Origin: Planctomycetota bacterium
GTDB lineage: Bacteria > Planctomycetota > MHYJ01 > JACPRB01
Assembly: GCA_016190175.1 (NCBI GenBank)
Contig: JACPRC010000147.1
Coordinates: 1,021-65,020, forward strand
Direction: 5' to 3'
DNA: 64,000 nucleotides
Under the pieces are notes generated by a model. It was not told where the DNA came from. It saw only the letters and a program-made list of their open reading frames with translations, and did no database searches. Below, piece by piece: positions 8,388-17,372 of the stretch. Numbering within the stretch: the stretch's first letter is position 1; each line of letters starts with the position of its first letter. The position numbers and the translations under genes were made by a program.

Positions 8388-8825
8388 TCATGCGGCGTTG
8401 CGCTGCGGGATGGGCCAGTTCGCGACCCCGGATATCATGAAGAGGTAGCCGCCCAGCGCGGCCATCGGGTGCAGAATCACGACCGACCTCCCGGATTCCG
8501 GATCGAGCCCCAGCGACGTGATGCCGAGGTCGCGGCCGAACGCGAGGAGAAGGAGACTTGCGGCGACCATCAGGCCGGCCCACAGCGGCGTCGCGGTCCA
8601 GAGGCGGGAGACCGGGCGGAACCTCAGGACGAGGCCCGCCCCGAGGGAAAGAAGGACGGACAGCGCGCTTCCGATGGCGGCCATGAAGGGCATGAGAATC
8701 ATGGAAAGAGGTCCGTCGTAGAACTGCTCGATCCAGGCAACCATATAGACCGCCCAGGCGAGCCAGAACGCCAGCGCGACCGAGATGGAGCGCCACAGCA
8801 GATTCCACCAGGGATCGCCGCGCAT
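8388..8825 (-). CDS. Hypothetical membrane protein (~4 TM)
   Basis: Hydrophobic ORF. Start placed at ATG 8825, 7 nt after a TAGGAT -10-like hexamer. Confidence 0.6.
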   Translation of the reverse strand: MRGDPWWNLLWRSISVALAFWLAWAVYMVAWIEQFYDGPLSMILMPFMAAIGSALSVLLSLGAGLVLRFRPVSRLWTATPLWAGLMVAASLLLLAFGRDLGITSLGLDPESGRSVVILHPMAALGGYLFMISGVANWPIPQRNAA

Positions 8826-8954
8826 CGACGCCATCCTACTGCATGACGGGCAAGATGTCGCCGCTTCCGGAGACCCGATTGGAGGAAGGCACGAATAAGG
8901 GCTTGTCCTGCGTAGCGCCACTGCCCGAGCGAAGCGAGGATGCGCGAAGCAGGA

Positions 8955-9029
8955 TCGGGGCGGCGGGATTTGAACCCACGACCTCTTGGTCCCGAACCAA
9001 GCGCTCTAGCCAGACTGAGCCACGCCCCG
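8955..9029 (-). tRNA. tRNA-Pro (anticodon CGG), CCA not encoded
   Basis: CGGGGCGTGGCTCAGTCTGGCTAGAGCGCTTGGTTCGGGACCAAGAGGTCGTGGGTTCAAATCCCGCCGCCCCGA forms a cloverleaf with GTTCAAATC T-loop and CTTGG/CCAAG anticodon stem. Confidence 0.97.
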
Positions 9030-9045
9030 GTGCCGAGGGAGCCGG

Positions 9046-9074
9046 ATTATAGGCCCGCAGTCGCAGGACTGCAA
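9046..9074 (-). promoter_or_regulatory. sigma70-type promoter of tRNA-Pro
   Basis: TTGCAG-17 nt-TATAAT on the minus strand just upstream of the tRNA. Confidence 0.75.
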
Positions 9075-9106
9075 GCGATAGTCGGCGTCCGCGAGGGCCT
9101 TCGGCA

Positions 9107-9164
9107 ATCAGCCGTCAGCCTTCAGCCCCCCCGCTGATGGCTGAAGGCTGATACCTGACGGCTG
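9107..9164. repeat. Inverted heptamer tandem array (TCAGCC-type)
   Basis: tcagccgtcagccttcagcc ... gctgatggctgaaggctga...ggctga. Confidence 0.8.
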
Positions 9165-9220
9165 AAATAAAACCGCCCAGAAGTACCTGCGCGGGAGAGG
9201 TGTCAGCGTACTCTGGGCGG
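9165..9220 (-). terminator. Intrinsic terminator-like hairpin
   Basis: CCGCCCAGA/TCTGGGCGG stem extended by GTAC pairing, followed by TTTTATTT on the minus strand. Confidence 0.75.
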
Positions 9221-9340
9221 ACAGCTGGGGTGGGGTATAGGCTAAGAAATCCCGGCGACGTCCCCTTTCCGGCACGCGGCGGGGAGAGCCTCAAGGACCG
9301 CGAGCTTCCCTCTCCCCTCCATTCCCGTGCCCCTCTCTAC
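9165..9340 (-). ncRNA. Candidate structured small RNA (~175 nt), family unassigned
   Basis: Bounded by its own promoter (9347-9374) and terminator. Nested stems GGCACG/CGTGCC and GGGGAGAG/CTCTCCCC. Confidence 0.5.
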
Positions 9341-9346
9341 GCCAGA

Positions 9347-9374
9347 AGTATAAACTACGAATTGTATTTGTCAA
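9347..9374 (-). promoter_or_regulatory. Near-consensus sigma70 promoter
   Basis: TTGACA-16 nt-TATACT on the minus strand. The -35 is half of an inverted repeat TGTCAA-N7-TTGACA (9369-9387). Confidence 0.7.
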
Positions 9375-9435
9375 CATATCTTTGACATTTGTGGAAAGTC
9401 GGAGGGAGGCGGAGTCCGGAGGCAAGAGCCGGCGG

Positions 9436-11013
9436 CTACGAAAGGACGACGCTGCGGATGTCGAGCGGCTGCACCGACTTGCGGATCTCCTCCAGCGCGG
9501 CGGCCGTCGCGGCGTCGTCGAGCGTGAGGAGGATCGCCGCCTGCTGGCCGCGCCCCGTCCGCCCCACCTCCATCCGCGCGATGTTGATCCCGTGGTTCCC
9601 CAGGATCGTGCCGACCTTGCCCACGACGCCCGGCACGTCGGGATATTGAATGAAGAGCATGTACTTCGACGGACGCAGGTCGATGTCCAGCGTGTTGATC
9701 TGCGTGATCCGCGGCTCCTTGCCCTCGAAGAGCGTCCCGGCGACCAGCCGCCCTCCGCGGTCCGTCTCCACGCGCACGATCATCTGGCTCTTGTAGTTCC
9801 GCGCGTCCTTGCGGCGCTCCTCGGCCACGGAGACGCCCCGCTCCTTCGCCGTGAGCCGGGCGTTGACCACGGTCACCTCGTCCCCGAGGGCGGGGTGCAG
9901 CACCCCCTTGACCGCCGCCTGCGTGACTGCGTCCACGTCGAATCCCGCGATCTGCCCCATGTACGTGATCTCGACGCCGCGGACCCCGCCGTCGGAGAGC
10001 TGCACGGCCATCGACCCGAGATCCTCCGCGAGCCGCACGTAGAGCGCGATCGACGGGTCGCCGATCGACGCCAGGTTCGTCGCGTTGCGGACGACGCCGC
10101 TGCGGAAATAGTCGACGAACTGATGTGCGATGTCGATCGCCACCTGGAGCTGGGCCTCCTGCGTCGACGCCGCGAGGTGCGGAGTCAGCGTGACCTTCTC
10201 GTTGCCCAGGAGCGGCAGGTCCTTCGGCGGCGGCTCGTTCTCGAAGACGTCGAGAGCCGCGCCCGCGATCTGGCCCGACAGGAGCGCCTCGTGCAGCGCC
10301 TTCTCGTCCACGATCCCGCCGCGCGACGTGTTCACGAGACGCGCCGTCTTCTTCATCCTCGCGAATTCTCCCGCCCCGAACATCCCCTTCGTGCGCTCGT
10401 TCAGCGGGACGTGGATCGTGACGAAGTCCGCCTCCGCGAGGAGTTTGTCGAACTCGAGGAGCTGGACGCCGAGAACCTCCGCGCGCTCGCGGACCAGGAG
10501 CGGATCGTACGCGACGACGCGCATGTGGAACGCCTTCCCGTACGCCGCCATGCAGCCCCCGATCTTCCCGAGTCCGACGATCCCCAGCGTCTTGCCCTCG
10601 AGCTGCACGCCCGTGTGGGTCGACCGCTCCCATCGTCCCGCGCGCATGGACGCGTCCGCGCGCGCGACGTTCCGCGCGTTCGCCAGGAGGAGCGCCAGCG
10701 CGTGCTCCGCCGCCGCGGTGACGTTGCCCAGCGGCGCGTTCATCACGATGATCCCGCGCCGCGTGGCCGCCTCCTGGTCGATGTTGTCCACGCCGATCCC
10801 CGCGCGGCCGACGATCTTGAGGCTCCGTCCCGCCTCGACGATCTCCTTCGTCACCTTGACGGCGCTGCGGACGATGAGCCCCTCGTACGGCGCGACCGCG
10901 AGCTTCAGATCCTCCGGCTTCATCTTTCCGCGGTGATCGCATTCGATCCCCGCCTCCCGGAGGATCCGGGCGCAATCCTCGGCGACTTCGTCGGCGATCA
11001 GGACTTTCGGCAT
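9436..11013 (-). CDS. serA: D-3-phosphoglycerate dehydrogenase (long form, ASB+ACT)
   Basis: GRAGIGVDNID, GIVGLGKIG, LVNTSRGG, ALDVF, TPHLAAST, C-terminal ACT domain (DVPGVVG). Confidence 0.96.
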   Translation of the reverse strand: MPKVLIADEVAEDCARILREAGIECDHRGKMKPEDLKLAVAPYEGLIVRSAVKVTKEIVEAGRSLKIVGRAGIGVDNIDQEAATRRGIIVMNAPLGNVTAAAEHALALLLANARNVARADASMRAGRWERSTHTGVQLEGKTLGIVGLGKIGGCMAAYGKAFHMRVVAYDPLLVRERAEVLGVQLLEFDKLLAEADFVTIHVPLNERTKGMFGAGEFARMKKTARLVNTSRGGIVDEKALHEALLSGQIAGAALDVFENEPPPKDLPLLGNEKVTLTPHLAASTQEAQLQVAIDIAHQFVDYFRSGVVRNATNLASIGDPSIALYVRLAEDLGSMAVQLSDGGVRGVEITYMGQIAGFDVDAVTQAAVKGVLHPALGDEVTVVNARLTAKERGVSVAEERRKDARNYKSQMIVRVETDRGGRLVAGTLFEGKEPRITQINTLDIDLRPSKYMLFIQYPDVPGVVGKVGTILGNHGINIARMEVGRTGRGQQAAILLTLDDAATAAALEEIRKSVQPLDIRSVVLS

Positions 11014-11026
11014 GGCCCGGTGCGCC

Positions 11027-12403
11027 TCACTTTCTCACGGGCGTGACCTCGACCTTCACGGGCTGCCCGTACAGATCCGTGATCCTCGCGCAGAACCGCC
11101 ACTGGTCCGCGTTGTTCTCCACCTTCACGACGAGCAGGTTGCGCCCCTCCCGGAGCGGCATCCGGATGCAGTGGCGATCCGCCTCGAGCCCGCGGTGCTC
11201 GTGCTCGAAGTGCACCGTCTGCCCGTTCAGGAGGACCTTCGCGCTCGCGTCCTCCCCGAGGAAGAGCTTCACCCACTGGCGCTTCTTCGAGTAGACGTGC
11301 GTCGCCGCGTAGTAGATCCCGCGCGGGTTCCCCTTCGCGTGCGCCAGCAGGTCCACGACGTCCGTCCGGCTCTGCGCCAGTTCCCATCCCCGCAGGTCGA
11401 GATCGTCGCTCCCTTCCGCGACCAGCTCCGCCGACAGCCCGCGGTCCTCCCGGTTCTCGAAACGCGGCGAGAGGAGCCAGGTGCGGATGAACGGCGCCTG
11501 CGGCCGGCAGACGACCTCGCGCCACATCTGGGACGTGAAGTGGTCCTCCGCGTAGTGGCGGCGCCACGGGATCTCGTCCGCGCCCTCGACCTTCGGGCCG
11601 CCGTAGCAGGCGTCGTTCCTCATCTGGTTCGCGTCCGGAGCCCACACGACGTCCGGAAGGCCCGCGCGGCGGCGGACGAGCTGCACCGCATCCCACAGCC
11701 AGACCAGGAACTCCCATCCCCCCACGCCGGAATTCGATTCGGCCGCCTGGGCGCTCCACAGGAAGTTCGCATAGAGCATCCCCCGGAAGTTCGGCTCCGC
11801 GCGGAGCTGCCGATCCACGGGGAGTCCCTCCGCGACCAGGAGGTAGACCAGCACCAGGTCGAAATCGCCGTCCTTCAGCCTGGCGAGGCGGTTGCGCTCC
11901 AGGTCGTCGGGGTGCAGCCAGACGCCGGCGTCCGCCGGCGTGAGCGAGCGCACCTCCTCCTCGAGCGACACGACCTTGCCGTCGATCTTGACCATGCCGC
12001 GGGTCGATTCCCACACCGCGCGCTGGAACGCCTCGAACCCCTTCTGCACGTTGCGGGCGGTCGCGTCGGTCACGCGGTACCGGCAGACCTTCTGGTCGGC
12101 CGTCCGGTAGTTGACGTTGCGCGGCAGGAGCGCGAGGACTCGCCACCGGCCCGCCTTCGCCTCGTCCGCGTTCGGCGGGATCCTCTCATGGAGCCGGTGC
12201 AGCCGCCTGCGTGCCTCGATGCGCTCGTCGTTCGTCGCCCGGCAGGCGTCGAAGACCCGCTCGTAGCGGTAGAGCGCATCGGTCAGGCTGTCGGGGTCCT
12301 TTTCGAGGAAGGCGCCGGCCCGGAGGTGAAAAGCGGCGCGCGTCTCGTCCTCCTCCGCGGGGTCCTGGAGGAGGAGCAGGAGAACGGCGAAGGCGCCGGT
12401 CAT
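11027..12403 (-). CDS. Hypothetical exported protein with C-terminal beta-sandwich domain
   Basis: Short hydrophobic N-terminus (LLLLQD). C-terminal YYAATHVYS..LFLGEDASAKVLLNG..LREGRNLLVVKV pattern. Sits tightly between efp and serA. Confidence 0.7.
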   Translation of the reverse strand: MTGAFAVLLLLLQDPAEEDETRAAFHLRAGAFLEKDPDSLTDALYRYERVFDACRATNDERIEARRRLHRLHERIPPNADEAKAGRWRVLALLPRNVNYRTADQKVCRYRVTDATARNVQKGFEAFQRAVWESTRGMVKIDGKVVSLEEEVRSLTPADAGVWLHPDDLERNRLARLKDGDFDLVLVYLLVAEGLPVDRQLRAEPNFRGMLYANFLWSAQAAESNSGVGGWEFLVWLWDAVQLVRRRAGLPDVVWAPDANQMRNDACYGGPKVEGADEIPWRRHYAEDHFTSQMWREVVCRPQAPFIRTWLLSPRFENREDRGLSAELVAEGSDDLDLRGWELAQSRTDVVDLLAHAKGNPRGIYYAATHVYSKKRQWVKLFLGEDASAKVLLNGQTVHFEHEHRGLEADRHCIRMPLREGRNLLVVKVENNADQWRFCARITDLYGQPVKVEVTPVRK

Positions 12404-12406
12404 CCG

Positions 12407-12973
12407 TCACTTCACCGAAACGCGGTCCAGGTATTTGCCCTCGCGCGTGTCCACGCGGATGACAGCGCCGTTCTCGATGAACGGCGGGACCTGCACCACG
12501 GCGCCTGTCTCGAGCTTCGCGGCCTTGTAGACGTTCGTGATCGTCGCCCCCTTGAGGCCCGGCTCCGTCTCGACGACCTTCAGCTCGACGGCCGCAGGCA
12601 GCTCGACGCCGATGACGCGCCCCTCGTAGACCTCGACCTTGCAGAGGATATTCTCCTTGAGCCATTGAGCGTCCTCGCCCAGGAGCTCCTTGTGGATCGA
12701 GATCTGCTCGCAGCTCTCCTGGTTCATGAAGACGTACGTCTCCCCGTCCTGGTACAGATACTCCATTTCGGACGTGTCGATGAAGGCCTGCTCCAGCTTG
12801 TCGCTCGAGGAGAAGCGTTGCTCGATCGCCGCGCCGCTCGTGAGATTGCGCATCTTGATCTGGATCACGGCGCGCAGGTTGCCCGGGGTGTGGTGGTAGA
12901 CGTTCATCACGAACCAGAGATGGTCCTCGTAGCGGACGACCATGCCCTTGCGGACCTCGGTTGCGCCGATCAT
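12407..12973 (-). CDS. efp: Elongation factor P (PGN loop variant)
   Basis: HHTPGNLRA, YLYQDG, FMNQE, KAAKLETGAVVQVPPFI, VDTREGKY; GGAGG RBS. Confidence 0.96.
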   Translation of the reverse strand: MIGATEVRKGMVVRYEDHLWFVMNVYHHTPGNLRAVIQIKMRNLTSGAAIEQRFSSSDKLEQAFIDTSEMEYLYQDGETYVFMNQESCEQISIHKELLGEDAQWLKENILCKVEVYEGRVIGVELPAAVELKVVETEPGLKGATITNVYKAAKLETGAVVQVPPFIENGAVIRVDTREGKYLDRVSVK

Positions 12974-13047
12974 CGCGAGACCTCCATCGTGGGGGCCGGT
13001 AGCCTAGCGGGAGAGCCGCAGGAAGTCAAGGCGCAGGGAAGCCCTGC

Positions 13048-13122
13048 AGTCAGCTTTCAGCGTTCAGCCGTCAGCCGTGCGACCTCTTGCGGCTGAGGGC
13101 TGATGGCTGACTGCTGATCGCT
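13048..13122. repeat. Inverted heptamer tandem array
   Basis: tcagctttcagcgttcagccgtcagcc ... ggctgagggctgatggctgactgctga. Confidence 0.8.
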
Positions 13123-13124
13123 CC

Positions 13125-13751
13125 TCAATTCAGCCCGAAGACCCACAGGACCGCGCGCCAGTGCTTCCACGGCCGGGTCGTACCCGACATGAAGCCCATG
13201 AAGAAGAGCCCCATCGCGATCCCCGCCGCGCGCGCGACGAGTTCCACGGTCGCCGCCCACCACCACCGCAGCCCGTAGACACGCCGCAGATTGACCGTCT
13301 CGACGGCGCCCTGCCAGAGCGCCGTCGCGGCCAGCCCGATCGCCATCGCGCGCTTCACCTTCCAGAGCCCGAGCACGCCCGCCTCGTACACCGCCGCCCC
13401 CAGGAGGCTGAACATCCCCGAAATCGCGAACGTGGAGAGCAGCAGCGGGAAGATCAGCCGCCGACGCTGGAGAACGTCCGACAGGATGTCCGCGAGGACG
13501 ACGTAGAGGAACGTCCCGATCAGGAGCGCCGACGCGATGACCGCGAGGCCGGCCAGAAACGTCCCCTCCGGGATCCGCTCCCAGACCCGGTGCGCCGCAT
13601 AGAGACAGAAGAGCAGCGACGAGAGGAGGAAGAAGATCCCGAACGCGGGGAGGTTCCGGGCGCCCGCGAGCGACCGGTGCATCTCGTCCGCGGCCCGCAT
13701 CGGCCGGAACGGCAGCCGCGCGACCGTGGACCAGCCGGGCAGACTAGGCAT
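13125..13751 (-). CDS. Yip1-like multi-pass membrane protein
   Basis: About 5 hydrophobic helices. FRPMRA and NLRRVYGLRWWWAA resemble the Yip1 architecture. Start uncertain. Confidence 0.6.
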   Translation of the reverse strand: MPSLPGWSTVARLPFRPMRAADEMHRSLAGARNLPAFGIFFLLSSLLFCLYAAHRVWERIPEGTFLAGLAVIASALLIGTFLYVVLADILSDVLQRRRLIFPLLLSTFAISGMFSLLGAAVYEAGVLGLWKVKRAMAIGLAATALWQGAVETVNLRRVYGLRWWWAATVELVARAAGIAMGLFFMGFMSGTTRPWKHWRAVLWVFGLN

Positions 13752-13859
13752 TAGACCATAGGCAATAGGCAATCGAGCCTTGGCGCGCGAGCGTAGTCAC
13801 TCTTGCCGATGGTCCCCCGATCGCTCTGCGCGCTGGTCGCACCGAGGTCTGCCGCTGTT

Positions 13860-15365
13860 CTATTTCCCTGACAGACGTCTTCTTGCGCCACTCACTTGCC
13901 TGAGTTCGTCCTCATAGCGGCTTCGCTCTGGGCTGCCCTCTCGAAGGCCGGCAAGTGTCGCCGTCAAGACGCGCTCAGCGTATTCGAGGAGTCCAAGGCG
14001 TTCGGCTGTCGAACCGGGGTAGCCTTCAGATGTAGCTTGCCTAGCCAGCCCAAGAGCAGCACTTTCGGTAACTCGCGAATCAGGGTCCTCGCACAAGGCT
14101 CGAAGTACCTGCACTCGCGCATCTGTCACTCTCTCCACGGGTGACGGATAGCTGAGAAGCGAAGCTGTTCGCACCTTCACTGATGCGTCTCCCTCTTGGT
14201 TGAGAATCTGGATCCCTAGGCGAGGCGCATTATCAATCTCCATTGAAACGACGTCACTGTAGAACTTCGCAATCTCGATCCCAGCCGGATTGGACTGCCG
14301 TAGTTTCTGCAAGTAGGTCATATAGTTACCATTTGTGACAAAAGCGGCGACTGCTTCGGGGGCCTTACCGCGCAGAAGTGCAAAGATCCACTGACAGAGT
14401 TCAGAGTCGCTATCCGTGGCCATCACTCCCAGCAGTTGATCTGCCCAGCCGGGCGGACGAGTGGAGGTCATGACAATGACCCCTGTATCGCGAAGGGATC
14501 TCGGTGCTCCGGGGTCCATTACAAGCTCACACGCCAAGTCCACGTTGGGCACTCGGGTCTCTTCTTTGGCCAACAAGGAGAACAAGGTGCCTCTTATTCT
14601 CTCGTTGGAGCCTCTGCGCACGATGTCTCGTGCCCGATCTTGGAATTCGTTTGAATCGAGCACACCCAAGCAATTCCAGAACACCAGACCGGTGGAGAGA
14701 TTCAGTCCATTGTTCGCATCACTAGACGGCCTGAATCGCCCGTCGTAGAGTCCACCCGTTCGCTGAAGGACATCGATCCAGAATGCAGCTTGCGCCTTGC
14801 CGTTTGAATCCACAAGAGCGCCAGTCGGTGACTTCTCGAGCGGAACTACTGGGTTCATGATCGCAGATAATACTGCTGCTAGTACGAGGCGTTCGTCGGC
14901 ATGATGGAGGAGTTCCAGACCAACACTAGGCGATGCACTGCGCCAGCCTCCAAGCAAGATCAGGGCAAGGAACCTCGCGGGTCCTTGAGTCTCCTCGTCC
15001 AGTGCCAGCCTATTCAGACTCTCTAGGAGCGCCACCCTGTCTGCGGACACCATCATCTCATGATGGAGCGATTGGAGCAATTCGACGAGCGTGTCACCCG
15101 AGGCGCGATCTTCCAAGACGTCGAGCACGCGCCTAGCTAGTGCTTGAGCTGCCGAATGCCCTGAAAGTGATGGGCCAGTACCGCCACCTTGCCTATGAGC
15201 GTCGGTGGTTGCTGCCGTCCCCTCGGACGGCGGCCTAGCCTGCGGCACTGTTTGGCGTCCGAGGGGATCTCTCCGACCGGCGGGAGCCAGGACCGCCAGT
15301 ACAAGGGCGACTAGAGGAATGCCCAAGAGCGCTGCTCGGATGTGCCACCCAAGAGCGCGTCCCAC
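13860..15365 (-). CDS. Hypothetical membrane-anchored HEAT-repeat-like protein (lower GC)
   Basis: 501-aa ORF with N-terminal TM and HEAT-like motifs (DPDSRVTESAALGL). Atypical codon usage. Confidence 0.7.
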   Translation of the reverse strand: MGRALGWHIRAALLGIPLVALVLAVLAPAGRRDPLGRQTVPQARPPSEGTAATTDAHRQGGGTGPSLSGHSAAQALARRVLDVLEDRASGDTLVELLQSLHHEMMVSADRVALLESLNRLALDEETQGPARFLALILLGGWRSASPSVGLELLHHADERLVLAAVLSAIMNPVVPLEKSPTGALVDSNGKAQAAFWIDVLQRTGGLYDGRFRPSSDANNGLNLSTGLVFWNCLGVLDSNEFQDRARDIVRRGSNERIRGTLFSLLAKEETRVPNVDLACELVMDPGAPRSLRDTGVIVMTSTRPPGWADQLLGVMATDSDSELCQWIFALLRGKAPEAVAAFVTNGNYMTYLQKLRQSNPAGIEIAKFYSDVVSMEIDNAPRLGIQILNQEGDASVKVRTASLLSYPSPVERVTDARVQVLRALCEDPDSRVTESAALGLARQATSEGYPGSTAERLGLLEYAERVLTATLAGLREGSPERSRYEDELRQVSGARRRLSGK

Positions 15366-15402
15366 TCACTCACCTGATGACCAACTAGTGGCCAAGCGAC
15401 GG

Positions 15403-16560
15403 CTATTTCTTGTTGGGAACCCGGCGGACATCCTTACCATTCCACCCGGACCAGGTGGACGGTTCTCCTATCTTGATATTGTCGTTCTTGGCTGCGTCTT
15501 CGAATGGTTTCAGTCCGCTGAAGTCATCATCGGCGCCAGCGGGGAACTTCGTGACGCGACATCGTGAAGGCAACTCTGTAGTGGCGTCGTTCTTCACGGC
15601 CAGTTTCTTGGTGATCGAAATCGTACCCTTGGAAGCCTTCTCGCCGATGACCTGAAGATACTCCGCACCAATGTCCATTCGGTACACAAATCGGTCGGAA
15701 CTCCCATCGTCATCGGTATCGACTCTGGCGTAGGTCGCGAACTCCAGCTTGCGGATTTCCTTATCCCCCTCGTGAACTCGGATGCCCCCCACCGTGGCAA
15801 GAAACTCCTGGCCCTTTTTCTGCGGCCGCGAAGTCCTCTCGTACATCAGCGGAAGATCGAACATGACCATGGCCGTGAACTTCGATTGCTGATTCTCCCG
15901 AAGCCGCCACTGAGCTGGATACACCAGATTGATGTCAAAACGCGGCAACGAGGTCGGCTTCTCCGTTCCAAGCGCGTGATGGGGCTCTGGTTCCCACTGC
16001 CCCCGTATCTTGTCATCCTTGTCGAGCAGCTTCTCTTCAAATGTCGTGATGACTTGAGAGAACGTCCCATTCATGACCCGGGAGCTTACAACGTACGCGA
16101 ACGCGATACCCCATGCCTTGAGAGGTGTCAGGTTCGGATCCGGATCGACATCGACGAAGGGATCCCGGTTCGCAAAGAAGAGCTCCGCAGGATCGGTCTC
16201 GGGTACTACCGTGGAGAAGACCTCCAAGAGGAATTTCGCTCCCTTGTTCGGCGTAACGCCCTGATTCGCACACGGCTCGTTCTCTCCGAACTGCGCGACA
16301 CCCGTGCCACCAAGATCGCGTAGCGCCATAGTGATCTTGCTTCCGCCGGCGAACTTGATGAACATCTCGGATTCGGTAACCCTGACTGCGGCGATGACGC
16401 CCAAGTCGCCAGCGTCGAATGGCCCGAGGACGAAATCAGCCCTACTGTGAGCTGCTTCAGGTGTGGAGATTTTCTGCGCAGAGCACTCATTTTGGGACAT
16501 CAGTGCGAAAAGCGGCACGAACAGAAGGATGCCAACGAGTCTGGAACTGCCTCTTCGCAC
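15403..16560 (-). CDS. Hypothetical secreted protein (lower GC)
   Basis: GTG 16560 follows GAGGG. Signal peptide VRRGSSRLVGILLFVPLFALMSQNECSA. Confidence 0.7.
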   Translation of the reverse strand: MRRGSSRLVGILLFVPLFALMSQNECSAQKISTPEAAHSRADFVLGPFDAGDLGVIAAVRVTESEMFIKFAGGSKITMALRDLGGTGVAQFGENEPCANQGVTPNKGAKFLLEVFSTVVPETDPAELFFANRDPFVDVDPDPNLTPLKAWGIAFAYVVSSRVMNGTFSQVITTFEEKLLDKDDKIRGQWEPEPHHALGTEKPTSLPRFDINLVYPAQWRLRENQQSKFTAMVMFDLPLMYERTSRPQKKGQEFLATVGGIRVHEGDKEIRKLEFATYARVDTDDDGSSDRFVYRMDIGAEYLQVIGEKASKGTISITKKLAVKNDATTELPSRCRVTKFPAGADDDFSGLKPFEDAAKNDNIKIGEPSTWSGWNGKDVRRVPNKK

Positions 16561-16750
16561 GTGACCCTCTTCTGAGTGATCAGGCAATTTGCAATCATAG
16601 CTGCGCGGTGCGAAAATGCAAGGCCAATCCACCTTGCTTCCTCTGGACGTGGCAGGTGAGGCGCGATCGGTCGTCGAGGGAGACAAAGAGGCGCGGAGTC
16701 GGCCATCGGCCGCGCTTCGTCCTGCCTGCGTGAGCCCCATCGCCGATGGC

Positions 16751-17215
16751 CTACGCCCTCTCGGGCCCCTCGTACACCCAGTTCGCGTCCGCCGGCGACC
16801 AGGCGACGACCTCTTCGGGCCTGAAGAAGATCGGGATCTCGCGCTGCGCGGACTCCGGCGAGTCCGACCCGTGGACGAGGTTGAACCCCTTCGACGTCCC
16901 GAAGTCGCCCCGGATCGTTCCGGGCGCCGCGTCGTATCCGAACGTCGCGCCGAGGAGCGCGCGGACCACCTTGATCGCGTACGCGCCCTCGATCACCATC
17001 ACGACGACCGGCGACGACGTGACGAACTTCACGAGGCCGTCGTAGAAGGGCTTGCCCTTGTGGACGGAGTAAAGCTCCGTCGCCTGGGACTCCTTCATCG
17101 AGAGGAGCTTGAGGCCCGCGACGCGGAGCCCCTTCTCCTCGATGCGGTTCACGATGCGGCCCACCAGCCTGCGCTGGACGCCGTCCGGCTTGATCATCAC
17201 GAAGGTGCGTTCCAT
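16751..17215 (-). CDS. ndk: Nucleoside diphosphate kinase
   Basis: MERTFVMIKPDG, HKGKPFY, PGTIRGDF, NLVHGSDS. Confidence 0.97.
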   Translation of the reverse strand: MERTFVMIKPDGVQRRLVGRIVNRIEEKGLRVAGLKLLSMKESQATELYSVHKGKPFYDGLVKFVTSSPVVVMVIEGAYAIKVVRALLGATFGYDAAPGTIRGDFGTSKGFNLVHGSDSPESAQREIPIFFRPEEVVAWSPADANWVYEGPERA

Positions 17216-17216
17216 A

Positions 17217-17362
17217 GTCAGCAATCAGCTATCAGCAATCAGCAATCAGCTATCAGCAATCAGCAACCGGCAACCAATCCCAGGCGCGGGACTCTACCAA
17301 AAGAGCGCGGGGGGCGCAAGACCGGCGGCTGGCTGATGGCCGAAAGCTGAAAGCTGAGGGCT
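17217..17362. repeat. Heptamer tandem arrays (TCAGCAA/TCAGCTA)n with inverted partner (GCTGAAA)n
   Basis: gtcagcaatcagctatcagcaatcagcaatcagctatcagcaatcagcaa directly upstream of the ndk ATG, and gctgatggccgaaagctgaaagctga. Confidence 0.85.
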
Positions 17363-17372
17363 GTCGTACAGC

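Noticed and set aside
9165-9340. Assignment of the candidate sRNA as 6S RNA or a riboswitch
   Set aside because: The size fits 6S, but I cannot see end-to-end pairing with a central bubble or a known aptamer consensus, and no downstream CDS depends on it. Left unassigned pending an Rfam search.
17217-17280. Heptamer arrays as CRISPR or small ORFs (SNQQSAI-type peptides)
   Set aside because: There is no repeat-spacer structure, and the translations are low-complexity by-products of the 7-nt period.
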